Of a stretch of 64,000 bases of DNA, positions 1 to 8,873 are shown piece after piece; the stretch's first letter is position 1, and every line of letters starts with the position of its first letter. The notes under the pieces are model-generated. The model did not search any database, had not been told where the DNA came from, and saw only the letters and a list, made by a program, of their open reading frames with translations. Made by a program: the position numbers and the translations under genes. The stretch is from a bacterium (GTDB lineage: Bacteria > Electryoneota > Electryoneia > Electryoneales > Electryoneaceae). The stretch spans positions 608,001 to 672,000 of the forward strand of contig OY769902.1 of NCBI GenBank assembly GCA_963669175.1. Direction: 5' to 3'.

Positions 1-510
1 CGCTACACTGTGCACACGATTGGAGGCAAGCTGTAGTTCTTCCACGAAGCCGTCATGGCCCCAGTGTTTGAACCGAAATCCGCCCAGCATGTAGTCGATC
101 ATCAGACCGTTCTTACAGATCAGCCGCCGGGCGTTGAAGGACAGTCCGAACAGTGTGCTGGCATCGTACGAATTGATCACGTCCATAGTGACGTGTACCA
201 GGTCACCGGGCCGGACTTCCATCTCCAGGTCGGGCAGCACCCACCGCTGACGATAGCGTTTGCCGTCGAAGATCATCCCGGCATCATCGAAGTACAGACC
301 TGTACGGCCAAGAACGTCTAATGCAATGTTGCTGACATCCTCGTTGGTTACAAGCTGATATCCTGTAGAAACGACACCGACTTCCGTGTCGACACCGTTC
401 TCCGCGATCATGACCGCGTTCCTGCTGGACGGGCTTCCATCCGGTGTGGTCAAAGGAACCAGCTTCACCGGGACGAAGGGATCACTGATATTTGTGTTGC
501 GTCTGGGCAT
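1..510 (-). CDS. DUF932-family protein (phage/plasmid-type), runs off window edge
   Basis: Not in ORF track; manual translation from ATG at 510 (RBS AAGGAG): MPRRNTNISDPF...GVVSTGYQLVTNEDV...VINSYDAST...RLICKNGL; the GVVS.xY..V.N, NSYD and R.xC.NG motifs are typical of DUF932. Confidence 0.75.
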   Translation of the reverse strand, partial: MPRRNTNISDPFVPVKLVPLTTPDGSPSSRNAVMIAENGVDTEVGVVSTGYQLVTNEDVSNIALDVLGRTGLYFDDAGMIFDGKRYRQRWVLPDLEMEVRPGDLVHVTMDVINSYDASTLFGLSFNARRLICKNGLMIDYMLGGFRFKHWGHDGFVEELQLASNRVHSVA

Positions 511-615
511 GGTACTTCTCCTTTCTGAAGGAACAGAGTTCACCCGTGCATAGGGTTTGGTTTACCCTGCAAGGTCTATTGTGTTACGTGGTTCTTGCCG
601 AAACTCGGTAGTGGA

Positions 616-1317
616 TCAGGCGGCGGTACCGATGATGGTAATCAGGTCTTCGGCCTGCTGTGGTGTAAGCTGGGAAATGTTGGCGTTGAAGTTGTCACGT
701 GAGAGTTGGATAACACGCGCCTGTGGGATGCCAATGTCACGGGCCGCCTGGAATATCCGTGCAATCTGGTCGTTGCCAACACGATCCTTGCCTGCTCCAT
801 GTAAACCACCGTTACCGTTCTGAGGATGTGCTGCATGGTTCTGGTGACCATTGCCACGCTGCTGATAACCTCCATTGCGCCGCTGACCGTTCTGGCCATG
901 CGCGTTGCCGTTACCGTTTCCATTGCCGTTGTGACCGTTACCAGGCTGGTCTTGATACAAATACAACCCAATCCCGGCAAGGGTTGCGCACTTCTTCAGG
1001 GCATCGCTGGCTGCAGATTTCAGGTCATCCGCCAGGGAGATCATATCACCTGTGTCTTTATGCCTGGTAATCCGGCTGCCGCCAAACTGTTCGCGAACAG
1101 TATTGTTGATGGTAAGCCTGCAGCGGACAATGACTTCATCCTGCTCAAACTGGGTGTCTACAACATTGAATGACCAGCCGCCTTCCAGGGCTTCGTTCAG
1201 CCTGTGGATGACACTGTTGGCTTCCACGTACTCGAGCGTCTGCCCGAAGTTGCCACGCCGCGTTTTCACCTGTTCAGGGGCGAACGGCGCTGCGAGTTCA
1301 CTGATGGGGATGGACAT
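616..1317 (-). CDS. Rad52/Rad22-family single-strand annealing protein (Sak-like), 233 aa
   Basis: Start moved to ATG 1317 (AGGAGG RBS); motifs L.YVEA..VI.RLNE...GWSF and K.AASDALKK.A...GIGLYLY; Gly/Asn-rich linker and short C-terminal helical domain. Confidence 0.85.
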   Translation of the reverse strand: MSIPISELAAPFAPEQVKTRRGNFGQTLEYVEANSVIHRLNEALEGGWSFNVVDTQFEQDEVIVRCRLTINNTVREQFGGSRITRHKDTGDMISLADDLKSAASDALKKCATLAGIGLYLYQDQPGNGHNGNGNGNGNAHGQNGQRRNGGYQQRGNGHQNHAAHPQNGNGGLHGAGKDRVGNDQIARIFQAARDIGIPQARVIQLSRDNFNANISQLTPQQAEDLITIIGTAA

Positions 1318-1348
1318 GATGTACCTCCTGGTTTGTTGCCGGAAAACA

Positions 1349-1393
1349 CAACAAGATGTTGACAAGTTGTCGCGAAATCCGGCATATTCACAC
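1349..1393 (+). promoter_or_regulatory. Putative sigma70 promoter of abiEi with overlapping inverted repeats
   Basis: TTGACA 1359-1364, 18-nt spacer, CATATT 1383-1388, ATG at 1394; palindromes CAACA-AGA-TGTTG (1349-1361) and GACAA-G-TTGTC (1361-1371). Confidence 0.5.
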
Positions 1394-2026
1394 ATGGATA
1401 CAACTTCACAAGAAAAGCGAGTTCTGGCGATGGTTGCCAAAAGGGGAATCCTTCGCGCACGCGAAGTGGTTGCAGAGGGTGTTGATGACAAGACCCTCCA
1501 TCGTATCCTTGCAAAGGGCCTCATCCAGCGTGTAGGTCGGGGGCTCTACATCTCGGCGGATGCAACACCATCTTCGAATGTTGCGCTGGCCGTAGTTGCG
1601 CGTCGTGTCGGGCACGGTGTTGTCTGCCTGCTAAGTGCGCTTTCATTCCACGGTATCACAACACAACTGCCGCGTGAGGTCTGGCTGGCTGTCAACTGGA
1701 AACCAACCATAGGCACAGATGAGTGGCCGCCGATTCGGACACTGCGTTTCTCCGGTGACGCTTTTACAGAGGGTGTTGAAGTGCACCAGGTTTACCCTGC
1801 GTCGGAAGAGAACGTAAGCAACAGTGTTGCTGTTCGCGTATACAGTCCTGCAAAGACAGTTGCTGACTGCTTCAAGTTCCGGGGAACGGTTGGGCTTGAT
1901 GTTGCCATTGAGGCGCTGCGCGATACACTTCAGCATCAGAAGGCAAGCCGAGATGAAATCTGGCAGTACGCGAAGCTCTGCCGCGTACACAATGTCATGC
2001 GCCCATACCTGGAGGCTACTGCATGA
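1394..2026 (+). CDS. abiEi: Type IV TA system AbiEi-family antitoxin / transcriptional regulator
   Basis: N-terminal wHTH (L...GLIQRVGRGLY), CLLSAL.FHGITTQ.P, VYSPAKTVADCFK.R..VG.DVA.EAL; stop overlaps toxin start (ATGA). Confidence 0.9.
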   Translation: MDTTSQEKRVLAMVAKRGILRAREVVAEGVDDKTLHRILAKGLIQRVGRGLYISADATPSSNVALAVVARRVGHGVVCLLSALSFHGITTQLPREVWLAVNWKPTIGTDEWPPIRTLRFSGDAFTEGVEVHQVYPASEENVSNSVAVRVYSPAKTVADCFKFRGTVGLDVAIEALRDTLQHQKASRDEIWQYAKLCRVHNVMRPYLEATA

Positions 2027-2940
2027 TCACGTCTTCGCCTAAGAACGTGATCGCCTCTATCCGGCAACGACTGCTTAACCTCAGTCGTGAACGGGTAGAA
2101 AGTTTCGATCTTACGCTGAACCGCTATGCTTCCGAGCGGTTACTCTATCGTCTGAGCCTTTCAGATCACAGGGACAAGTTCATTCTTAAAGGAGCCCAGC
2201 TTTTTGCCATTTGGACTACAGAAATGTATCGCCCTACACGTGATATCGATTTACTCGGGTACGGTGAACCAACCCCAGAACACATGGAAGCTGTTTTCCG
2301 TACGCTGTGCGAGATGCCAGTTGAACATGATGATGGGCTTACGTTCGATGCCGACTCCATACAGGCGGCTGAGATTCGTGAGGACAACAGCTACGGTGGT
2401 ATTCGTGTCAGACTATCTACATGGCTCGGCGCTGCTTTAATACCTGTTCAGATTGATATTGGCTTCGGCGATATCCTGACACCTGGCCCACTTGAAACAG
2501 AATTTCCGGTGTTGCTGGGCCACCCAGCCCCTCAGATCAGGGTGTATCCCATTGAAACCGTCATAGCGGAGAAGGTCCAGGCCATGGTCAACCTTGGCAT
2601 AGCAAACAGTCGTATGAAGGACTTCTATGACGTGGCGCATATTGCAGGTCAGTTTACGTTCCAGGGGGCAACACTGGCAACGGCAGTTCAGGCAACATTC
2701 ACGAAGCGTGGCACTGTAATACCCTCAGGTCGCCCAGTCGCCCTGACTGCGGAGTTTGCTGAGGACAAGACGAAACAGCGCCAATGGAAAGCTTTCCTGC
2801 AACGGACGGGCTTGGATGCTTACAAGGACCTCACCAGCCTCATTGAATTCCTTTTTACGTTCACAGAGCCCGTGCTTGTTGCTGCTCGGCAAGGCGATTC
2901 GCTTCTAAAAACCTGGACGCCCGACAAAGGGTGGGAATAG
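2023..2940 (+). CDS. abiEii: AbiEii/AbiGii-family nucleotidyltransferase toxin
   Basis: FILKGA, RPTRDIDL, IDIGFGD, AEK, NSRMKDFYD motifs; translationally coupled to abiEi. Confidence 0.92.
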   Translation: MITSSPKNVIASIRQRLLNLSRERVESFDLTLNRYASERLLYRLSLSDHRDKFILKGAQLFAIWTTEMYRPTRDIDLLGYGEPTPEHMEAVFRTLCEMPVEHDDGLTFDADSIQAAEIREDNSYGGIRVRLSTWLGAALIPVQIDIGFGDILTPGPLETEFPVLLGHPAPQIRVYPIETVIAEKVQAMVNLGIANSRMKDFYDVAHIAGQFTFQGATLATAVQATFTKRGTVIPSGRPVALTAEFAEDKTKQRQWKAFLQRTGLDAYKDLTSLIEFLFTFTEPVLVAARQGDSLLKTWTPDKGWE

Positions 2941-3337
2941 ACTGAACCTGGTAGCCCTGTTATACGAAGAGTCATGGTCTTCAGCTAATATACTGTCAGT
3001 TATATTTTGGCTGATTGATTCTTCAGGTTGGGGTAATTGTAACGCTGTCATCTCACACTGTATTAGATCGTCTCACTATTGCGTGATGACAAATCCATAA
3101 CTTACTAAATAACAACACTCGAAAATTTGATATTTACTCCTATCACCACAATATTAACAACTTTACTAGAAAGACTTAGATTCTTGTTGTCTTAACACAA
3201 TATTAGATAGGGAAACAGAGGACATCTACTCTTCCGCGCGTCAGCGCAAGTAGTCCGCATCCTGCCCGGCAGGCCCATGTACCTACCTAACAGTGTACTA
3301 TTTTCAGGGAAGATCAACTGCGGTTATGCAGGAAAAC

Positions 3338-5713
3338 TCAGCAGGTACTGGCAGTCAGCCAGTCAGGGGATGTCGGGGCAAGGTAAACGGTCCGGCCACG
3401 AAGCTGAATACGAGCCTGGAAACTCAGGTTCTCTGGGACGGCACTGTACAGCAAATGATCCTGAGGAACCTGTCCCAGGTAAAGCGTGTCCAGCCAGAAG
3501 GCGGCATTGGTTCCGCCATTGGGTCTGGTCGTTACTTTGACAATGTTATCCACTTGCCGAATTTGCGCCAGAACGTCCTCAGGTTTGCTAATCCCCTGGT
3601 TGAGGCTGCCTACCAGCGGGATTACTGCTTCCTGTAGCCAGAGAGGCTGTGGCGTGGATTTCCGTTGGGGTACAATGATAGACCTTATAGTGGACTGCTG
3701 TTCCAGCATAAGGTCTACCGTTTCCTGACTGAAGCAATGGAAAGCAGCGCTGCCGGTTGTCTCGGCACGACTGCCATGCACTACATGCCACATCGCAACA
3801 GCCCAGGCACGGCGGTTGTCGGTCTTGCTTCGATCCCACGCTTCCAGGAAACGGATAGGACCAGCCAGGTCATCTTCACTCGGCTCCGGGTTCTGCTGCA
3901 GGATGGATGCAATCCACTTGTTGTAGGTCATCGTAACCGCCTTCGTCTCTTCGACCAGGTCCAAGGCAGCGGGTTCCATCCAGATCGGGACCAATCCTTT
4001 AAAGTAAACCAGTGAAGAGGTCTGCATGGTGTCCGACTGCCAACGGGCCACCACACGATTGTAGTTGTGGACCAGAGGGAAATCCCGCTCAATCATCTCT
4101 GCTTTCCTGACAAACAGGTCACGGTCTGTCTTTGCTGCAGCGATGTAATCAGGCATCTGCAAATCCGGATCTTCAAGCAATGCCCTGTCAGCTTGCGTGT
4201 TCCATTTCAAACGCTGGACTTCGCACTGCAAACCTGCAGACAAGGCAGCCACTTTATCCAGCCTGCCAGCATGTACAGCGGCGGCGATCCCATAGGTCAG
4301 GGAACCAATCCTGTTGCCAAGTGCCTTGACAGCGACAAAAGGCAATGCCGCAAGGGGATCTTTCAGGCGCGTCTTTGGGGGTGTGTCCTTACGCTGGTAG
4401 TCCGGATACCATTCTGCCGAAGCAACAGCCTCAACCACACTATCCTGTGTATTAATAATATAATAGTCTCCATCAAAGTCACCATCAAGGATACTGGCAA
4501 GATCGTTGTTCAGGTAAACTGTGCCCTCGAGGGGATTGGCTACTGCTTCCGGTTCGTTCCAGACAGCCTGCAGACTCCAGGGATCACGAATTGGGTACCT
4601 TGACAAAATCACCGGGCCAGCAGGGAGATCTACAGCACAGATGACTCCATCAGGCAAATCTGCATAAGCACCCATACAGCCGGTCAATTCGAGCCCACCA
4701 CCAGTGGCAAGTCGGACGTATTCTCGCCTCATCAACTGCACAAGCTGACGATGCAGCCAGGGATGTTCCGGCCCCACACCGGCCTGCAGGAAAGCTTCTG
4801 CTTTGGTGCGAACATCGTTGAACTCATCCTCACGTGACACCAACCCAAGGAAACTCAGGGCGGCCTTACGATCAGTCAGAGCATCACGGATAACATCCAG
4901 CTTCTGTTCGGCCATCGGCCAGACTGCATCCAATACTGCCTGGTCAAACCACTCGGCAATACTGAACGAACTGCTGTAAGGGCGTGTAGTAGCCACATCC
5001 CTGACACCAAACCAGCAGGTCCACGGCTGGTTCTGTGGTGGTGTCCCTGCACCTTTAATCATGCTGTCCGGCAACAGGAAGTTCACCCCGTCATGCAAAT
5101 CGGCGGGCAACAGTGTACCCTTGGCAAGCCATCGTTGATCAGGACTGTCACTGACCAAACGCACCTGTAGCTGTCGTGCAGCCAACCCCAGCTTTTCAAC
5201 CAACGCCTTGGATATGAATCCCATGCCATCGCCAGTGCCAGCCTCACCTTCTGCAACAACATGGCCCTTGATACCATCCAGGCGGTGGATGCCGTGATGA
5301 CACCCGCTGAACAAGGTGCCGAGGTAGCTCAATGCTTCCTGGCTGCTGCGAAAGAAGGGGTGAATCAGCTTGCGGACCTCATCGGTCGCCAGCCAGAAGT
5401 GGCCTTTCTTGATTGAACTGGACCCACCGAGGATACGGAATCGTTTCCCGTCATGGTCCAGCCCTCCCCCCAGCAGGGCCTCACAGGCAGCGTACCAGCG
5501 GTCATCAGGGCCGTCCTCTGGATACTTCAGCTGGATCCGGACCAGGTTGAAAGGATCGATCATCCTTTCTATGATCGTATCCCTCAAGGGAATAGACGGC
5601 GCATGCTTCAACCGCGCTCCATTGTAGGTGTAACACGGAATCATCCTCTGATAAACCTCCTTTGCAAGTTGACGTACCTGTTCTTCTGTCTGCGCCGACA
5701 CTTCGATCTTCAT
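3338..5713 (-). CDS. Single-subunit RNA polymerase, eukaryotic RdRP (QDE-1)/phage YonO-like family, 791 aa
   Basis: Start ATG 5713 with CAGGAGG RBS. Collinear motifs: GKRFRILGGSSS, YLGTLFS, GDGMGFIS, QVR...AKGTL, PDSMIK, VILSRYP, catalytic DGDFDGDY (4466-4486), IGSLT, LQCEVQRLK. Confidence 0.8.
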   Translation of the reverse strand: MKIEVSAQTEEQVRQLAKEVYQRMIPCYTYNGARLKHAPSIPLRDTIIERMIDPFNLVRIQLKYPEDGPDDRWYAACEALLGGGLDHDGKRFRILGGSSSIKKGHFWLATDEVRKLIHPFFRSSQEALSYLGTLFSGCHHGIHRLDGIKGHVVAEGEAGTGDGMGFISKALVEKLGLAARQLQVRLVSDSPDQRWLAKGTLLPADLHDGVNFLLPDSMIKGAGTPPQNQPWTCWFGVRDVATTRPYSSSFSIAEWFDQAVLDAVWPMAEQKLDVIRDALTDRKAALSFLGLVSREDEFNDVRTKAEAFLQAGVGPEHPWLHRQLVQLMRREYVRLATGGGLELTGCMGAYADLPDGVICAVDLPAGPVILSRYPIRDPWSLQAVWNEPEAVANPLEGTVYLNNDLASILDGDFDGDYYIINTQDSVVEAVASAEWYPDYQRKDTPPKTRLKDPLAALPFVAVKALGNRIGSLTYGIAAAVHAGRLDKVAALSAGLQCEVQRLKWNTQADRALLEDPDLQMPDYIAAAKTDRDLFVRKAEMIERDFPLVHNYNRVVARWQSDTMQTSSLVYFKGLVPIWMEPAALDLVEETKAVTMTYNKWIASILQQNPEPSEDDLAGPIRFLEAWDRSKTDNRRAWAVAMWHVVHGSRAETTGSAAFHCFSQETVDLMLEQQSTIRSIIVPQRKSTPQPLWLQEAVIPLVGSLNQGISKPEDVLAQIRQVDNIVKVTTRPNGGTNAAFWLDTLYLGQVPQDHLLYSAVPENLSFQARIQLRGRTVYLAPTSPDWLTASTC

Positions 5714-6010
5714 GATGAACCTCCTGTTGGTTGGTACTTCCATGCATGGAAAAGCCCACATCCCAGTCAAAGCTAAGGCTTTGTTTTTTATGGGGTGGGC
5801 GTGAAAACAGTTGTAAATATAACACTTATTCTCAATTGGTGACCACGAAATTTTGCTGATGTCCTCTCTATATGGATTTTGGTTAAAGCGATATATAGCT
5901 GGGTATACAATTCTGTGTACAAATCTTCTAGTGCGTGTGGAGTATATAGGTATGAGGGCTCAGAAGGGAGCACCTGATCAAACCTGACGAAACAGAAAGG
6001 GCAGGACACA

Positions 6011-6586
6011 ATGCATAAAGAATGTTCGTGCAACCGAATTATCAGATTCATGGTTGCCAGCAAATACGAGTTCAAGGATGGGGCTGTGCGCAAGCCGAAC
6101 GGAGAAAAGATGTATGTCCGGAAATCGGATAACCCCAAACGATACCATCACGTGCAGATAACATGCGAACACAAACGGTACACCATCCAACACTCTCGCC
6201 TTGTTTGTTGGCTGGCTAATATTGAACCACCGACGGAATACCACTTTGTGCATCACCGCAATGGGAACAGGCACGACGACAGTCCCGAAAACCTGGAGTG
6301 GATTAATCGGGCTGAAAATGCCAGGCTGGTTTCACCTGAAACCGCAGCTCAGCGTGTAAAAAACCTGCGTTCCCGTGCGGAAAAGGCAAGGCGGGCAAAG
6401 AGGAAGGCGCCAGTTTACTTACATGATACCCAGAAGGTGGAAATATGCCACAAGTACGAAAGCGGCCTATACACCATTAGAGAACTAGCTGAAGAGTACG
6501 GTCCCTCTTCAGGAACCATTAGCAGGACCGTTCGCAAGGGCTTTTCTTGTGAGGAAAAAGCCCTTGATCTCAAACAGGCTGCGTAA
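6011..6586 (+). CDS. HNH endonuclease-domain protein with C-terminal HTH
   Basis: HSRLV...VHHRNGNRHDDSPENLEWINRAEN (phage HNH type); C-terminal YTIRELAEEYG.S.GTISR.V helix-turn-helix. Confidence 0.8.
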   Translation: MHKECSCNRIIRFMVASKYEFKDGAVRKPNGEKMYVRKSDNPKRYHHVQITCEHKRYTIQHSRLVCWLANIEPPTEYHFVHHRNGNRHDDSPENLEWINRAENARLVSPETAAQRVKNLRSRAEKARRAKRKAPVYLHDTQKVEICHKYESGLYTIRELAEEYGPSSGTISRTVRKGFSCEEKALDLKQAA

Positions 6587-6594
6587 CATAGCAA

Positions 6595-6629
6595 CTCCGG
6601 GTTGATGCGAACCACCCGTCAACCCGGAG
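6595..6629. terminator. Stem-loop after HNH gene
   Basis: Perfect 11-bp stem CTCCGGGTTGA / TCAACCCGGAG; no U-tract, so terminator role is uncertain. Confidence 0.4.
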
Positions 6630-6721
6630 ATGCTGAACTGCTTGACAGTAGATTTGTGTTCCCTCTTTGTAAATAGTGCCCTCAACGCAACGAAATACGA
6701 TAAACTCAGGAGACTTTAACC

Positions 6722-8449
6722 ATGCCAGAAATCCCTGGATATCCTGGTGGTAAAAAACCTAAAAGAGCTGGGAAAGCTGTGCGTCTCGACGCATCAGGTA
6801 TTACAGAAGCACAGCTTACACTATATAAATCGTGCTTCACGATGAATCGACGCTATGGGTTACACGTCGTTCGAGATACGTACCCAGGAGCAAAATGGAC
6901 CTCTGTAAATTGGCCGTTTCAGGAACGTGATATTTTGATGCATCTGACTCAGGAACACATCATAGGCTTGCGTTGGTCTAACTATGTAAAATGCGTGGCT
7001 ATCGATATTGATTGTCATTTCAGAACACAAGACTCATTTTTTGTATACCATCCAGGGAATGAAAGAATGGAAAGCATCATAAAAGCATTCGGAGGAGCTA
7101 AACCGCTTATAGTGCAATCATCAGATTCACAAGGTCTGCATTTATATTACTTTCTCGAGAAAGAAGTGCATATTCGCAACGTGGAATTCAGTATTGATCG
7201 TCTTTTCAATAACGCAGGAATTCAAATTCGTTCTGGTTGGATCGAACATGCTACAGGTACCACGAATAGGGCATTAAGACTGCCATTAGGCGAAGGAAGT
7301 CATATCTTACAGTATGAAGATCTTACCCCGGTAGGAAGATCTCTTGGACAGCAGCTTCAGTACCTTGAACACAGGCTTGAGGATTTTACCTACAGGTTTG
7401 AGGACCTTGTGAACACAATGCCGCGCAATTCAGTGTATACTGACTTGGATGATGATAGTGTGAACGGTAATAGTGGACAGACCCATAACAGTAGCCAGGC
7501 GGTTGTAGCACTCACGGATGCAGAAGGGAGGGTTTACCCAAGGGCGGATGATTCCTGTGAGTCAAGGCGGAAATGCGACATCTCGCATGATGATGAAGCC
7601 ATCACTGACAAGCCGCCCCTCTCTCGAGGCCGGAAATACTTCGCGCCTATCAAACTTAATAGAACAGATTATGTTTCTAAAAAAGAACACTCCTCAACTG
7701 CACCCGTTCAGGAACAATTCCAGACAGCTATGTACGCCCTCAAGAATGGCTTGGAAACAGAAGGAACCCGCCAGCATATTACACTGTGCATAGTGACGTA
7801 CACAATGCTCAAACTGGGATTTTCGAAACTGCAAGCCAAAAAGTTTATCAAGTCATGGATCCGTGACAAACACAATGGCAAGTCAAAGGATTGGAATGCC
7901 GGGCCGCGTAAACAGCAGGAAATCTTTGAGGACATTGAACGCCTTGTTGACAAGTGGAAACAGAGAGAAAGCACCGAGGTTTCTTCACTGACTTTAACTG
8001 CTGACGAAATACACAACATTCATAAACTTGACGCCACATTACAGGAAAAAGTGTGGATTGCAGAGTTTTACTCGAAAGTCAAACCTGCGATAAGACAAAA
8101 CCCGTCCGAGCCGCTTGAACTCACCCACTTTTGGTTCCAACGTATCTGGGAGTGCACAGCCGGGACAGCAACGAAAAGAATCAATACACTTATACGATTG
8201 GGAATTTTGGTGCTTGAAACAAACTACTCCGATAAAGCACATGGACGAATCTGGAAAGTGAACAACGTAACCACCGAGATCGGCCTTTACACAACATTCT
8301 GTGAAGGGCTGGATATTCTGTTTTCACGCGAGGAGTTGAAGCAGACATATTCGAAAGCCCAGCTAAGGCGACTCCGGGAACAGTTCACTTCTCCCCATGC
8401 AACAAAAACTGAACAAACTGACCCATTGTGGCAGGACAAAGCCGCCTAG
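6722..8449 (+). CDS. Archaeo-eukaryotic primase (AEP) superfamily primase-polymerase / Rep-like protein with PriCT-like and wHTH-like C-terminal regions
   Basis: Motif I hhhDID (CVAIDID...YHP), motif II SSDSQGLHLYY, motif III region ALRLPLG; GTRQHITL PriCT-like segment; AGGAG RBS. Confidence 0.72.
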   Translation: MPEIPGYPGGKKPKRAGKAVRLDASGITEAQLTLYKSCFTMNRRYGLHVVRDTYPGAKWTSVNWPFQERDILMHLTQEHIIGLRWSNYVKCVAIDIDCHFRTQDSFFVYHPGNERMESIIKAFGGAKPLIVQSSDSQGLHLYYFLEKEVHIRNVEFSIDRLFNNAGIQIRSGWIEHATGTTNRALRLPLGEGSHILQYEDLTPVGRSLGQQLQYLEHRLEDFTYRFEDLVNTMPRNSVYTDLDDDSVNGNSGQTHNSSQAVVALTDAEGRVYPRADDSCESRRKCDISHDDEAITDKPPLSRGRKYFAPIKLNRTDYVSKKEHSSTAPVQEQFQTAMYALKNGLETEGTRQHITLCIVTYTMLKLGFSKLQAKKFIKSWIRDKHNGKSKDWNAGPRKQQEIFEDIERLVDKWKQRESTEVSSLTLTADEIHNIHKLDATLQEKVWIAEFYSKVKPAIRQNPSEPLELTHFWFQRIWECTAGTATKRINTLIRLGILVLETNYSDKAHGRIWKVNNVTTEIGLYTTFCEGLDILFSREELKQTYSKAQLRRLREQFTSPHATKTEQTDPLWQDKAA

Positions 8450-8495
8450 AGCTGTTCAGAATCTTGACGTTAATGCAACTTTGCTGATCCTGATT

Positions 8496-8531
8496 GAGCC
8501 CGTGAACAGTCCAAAACTGTTCCGGGTTTTT
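8496..8531 (+). terminator. Rho-independent terminator after AEP gene
   Basis: GAGCCCG-TGAACAGT ... ACTGTTC-CGGGTTT hairpin running into a T tract. Confidence 0.6.
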
Positions 8532-8817
8532 CTATGGGTGGTAAGATGACAGCCAACCCTCACAATTAACCACCGTATTCCGTTTTAGAGAGGCGGTCGT
8601 TACCATGGAGCTCTTACCCACTGGGGTCAACCTGATCGTGGCTTAGAAGCGGATTCCGTGCACGGGTTCTTCACCCAGTTCGGGTAAGTTAGACAAATAC
8701 CGTTTTGGTCCACGATTGTTTGAATACCACTGTTTGGAGCAATACACATCCATATTGCAATTCATTGAAGGAAGAGGCCGATGGAAAGTATGGGGTAGCT
8801 CCGGTTTTATCCTCGAA

Positions 8818-8843
8818 TGCTATAATATTGCCGCCAAATATTA
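8818..8843 (+). promoter_or_regulatory. Extended -10 promoter for the cas operon
   Basis: Perfect TGnTATAAT at 8818-8826, ~50 nt before the cas3 ATG; overlapped by inverted repeat TAATATT-N7-AATATTA. Confidence 0.6.
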
Positions 8844-8873
8844 ATTATTATGCTTTATGACTTTGGAGGAAGA

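Noticed and set aside
1052-1524. Long N-terminal extensions of abiEi (1052) and of the Rad52-like ORF (1524)
   Set aside because: They overlap each other on opposite strands; RBS/promoter evidence and domain starts support 1394 and 1317.
3338-5713. Viral (palm-domain GDD) RdRP or reverse transcriptase/retron
   Set aside because: No YxDD or GDD palm motifs in the right context; the motif series is the DxDGD two-barrel type.
8574-8600. GTATTCC-GTTTTAGAG resembling starts of type I-E and Cas9 repeats upstream of cas3
   Set aside because: Only 7-9 nt matches, single copy, no repeat hairpin; consistent with chance.
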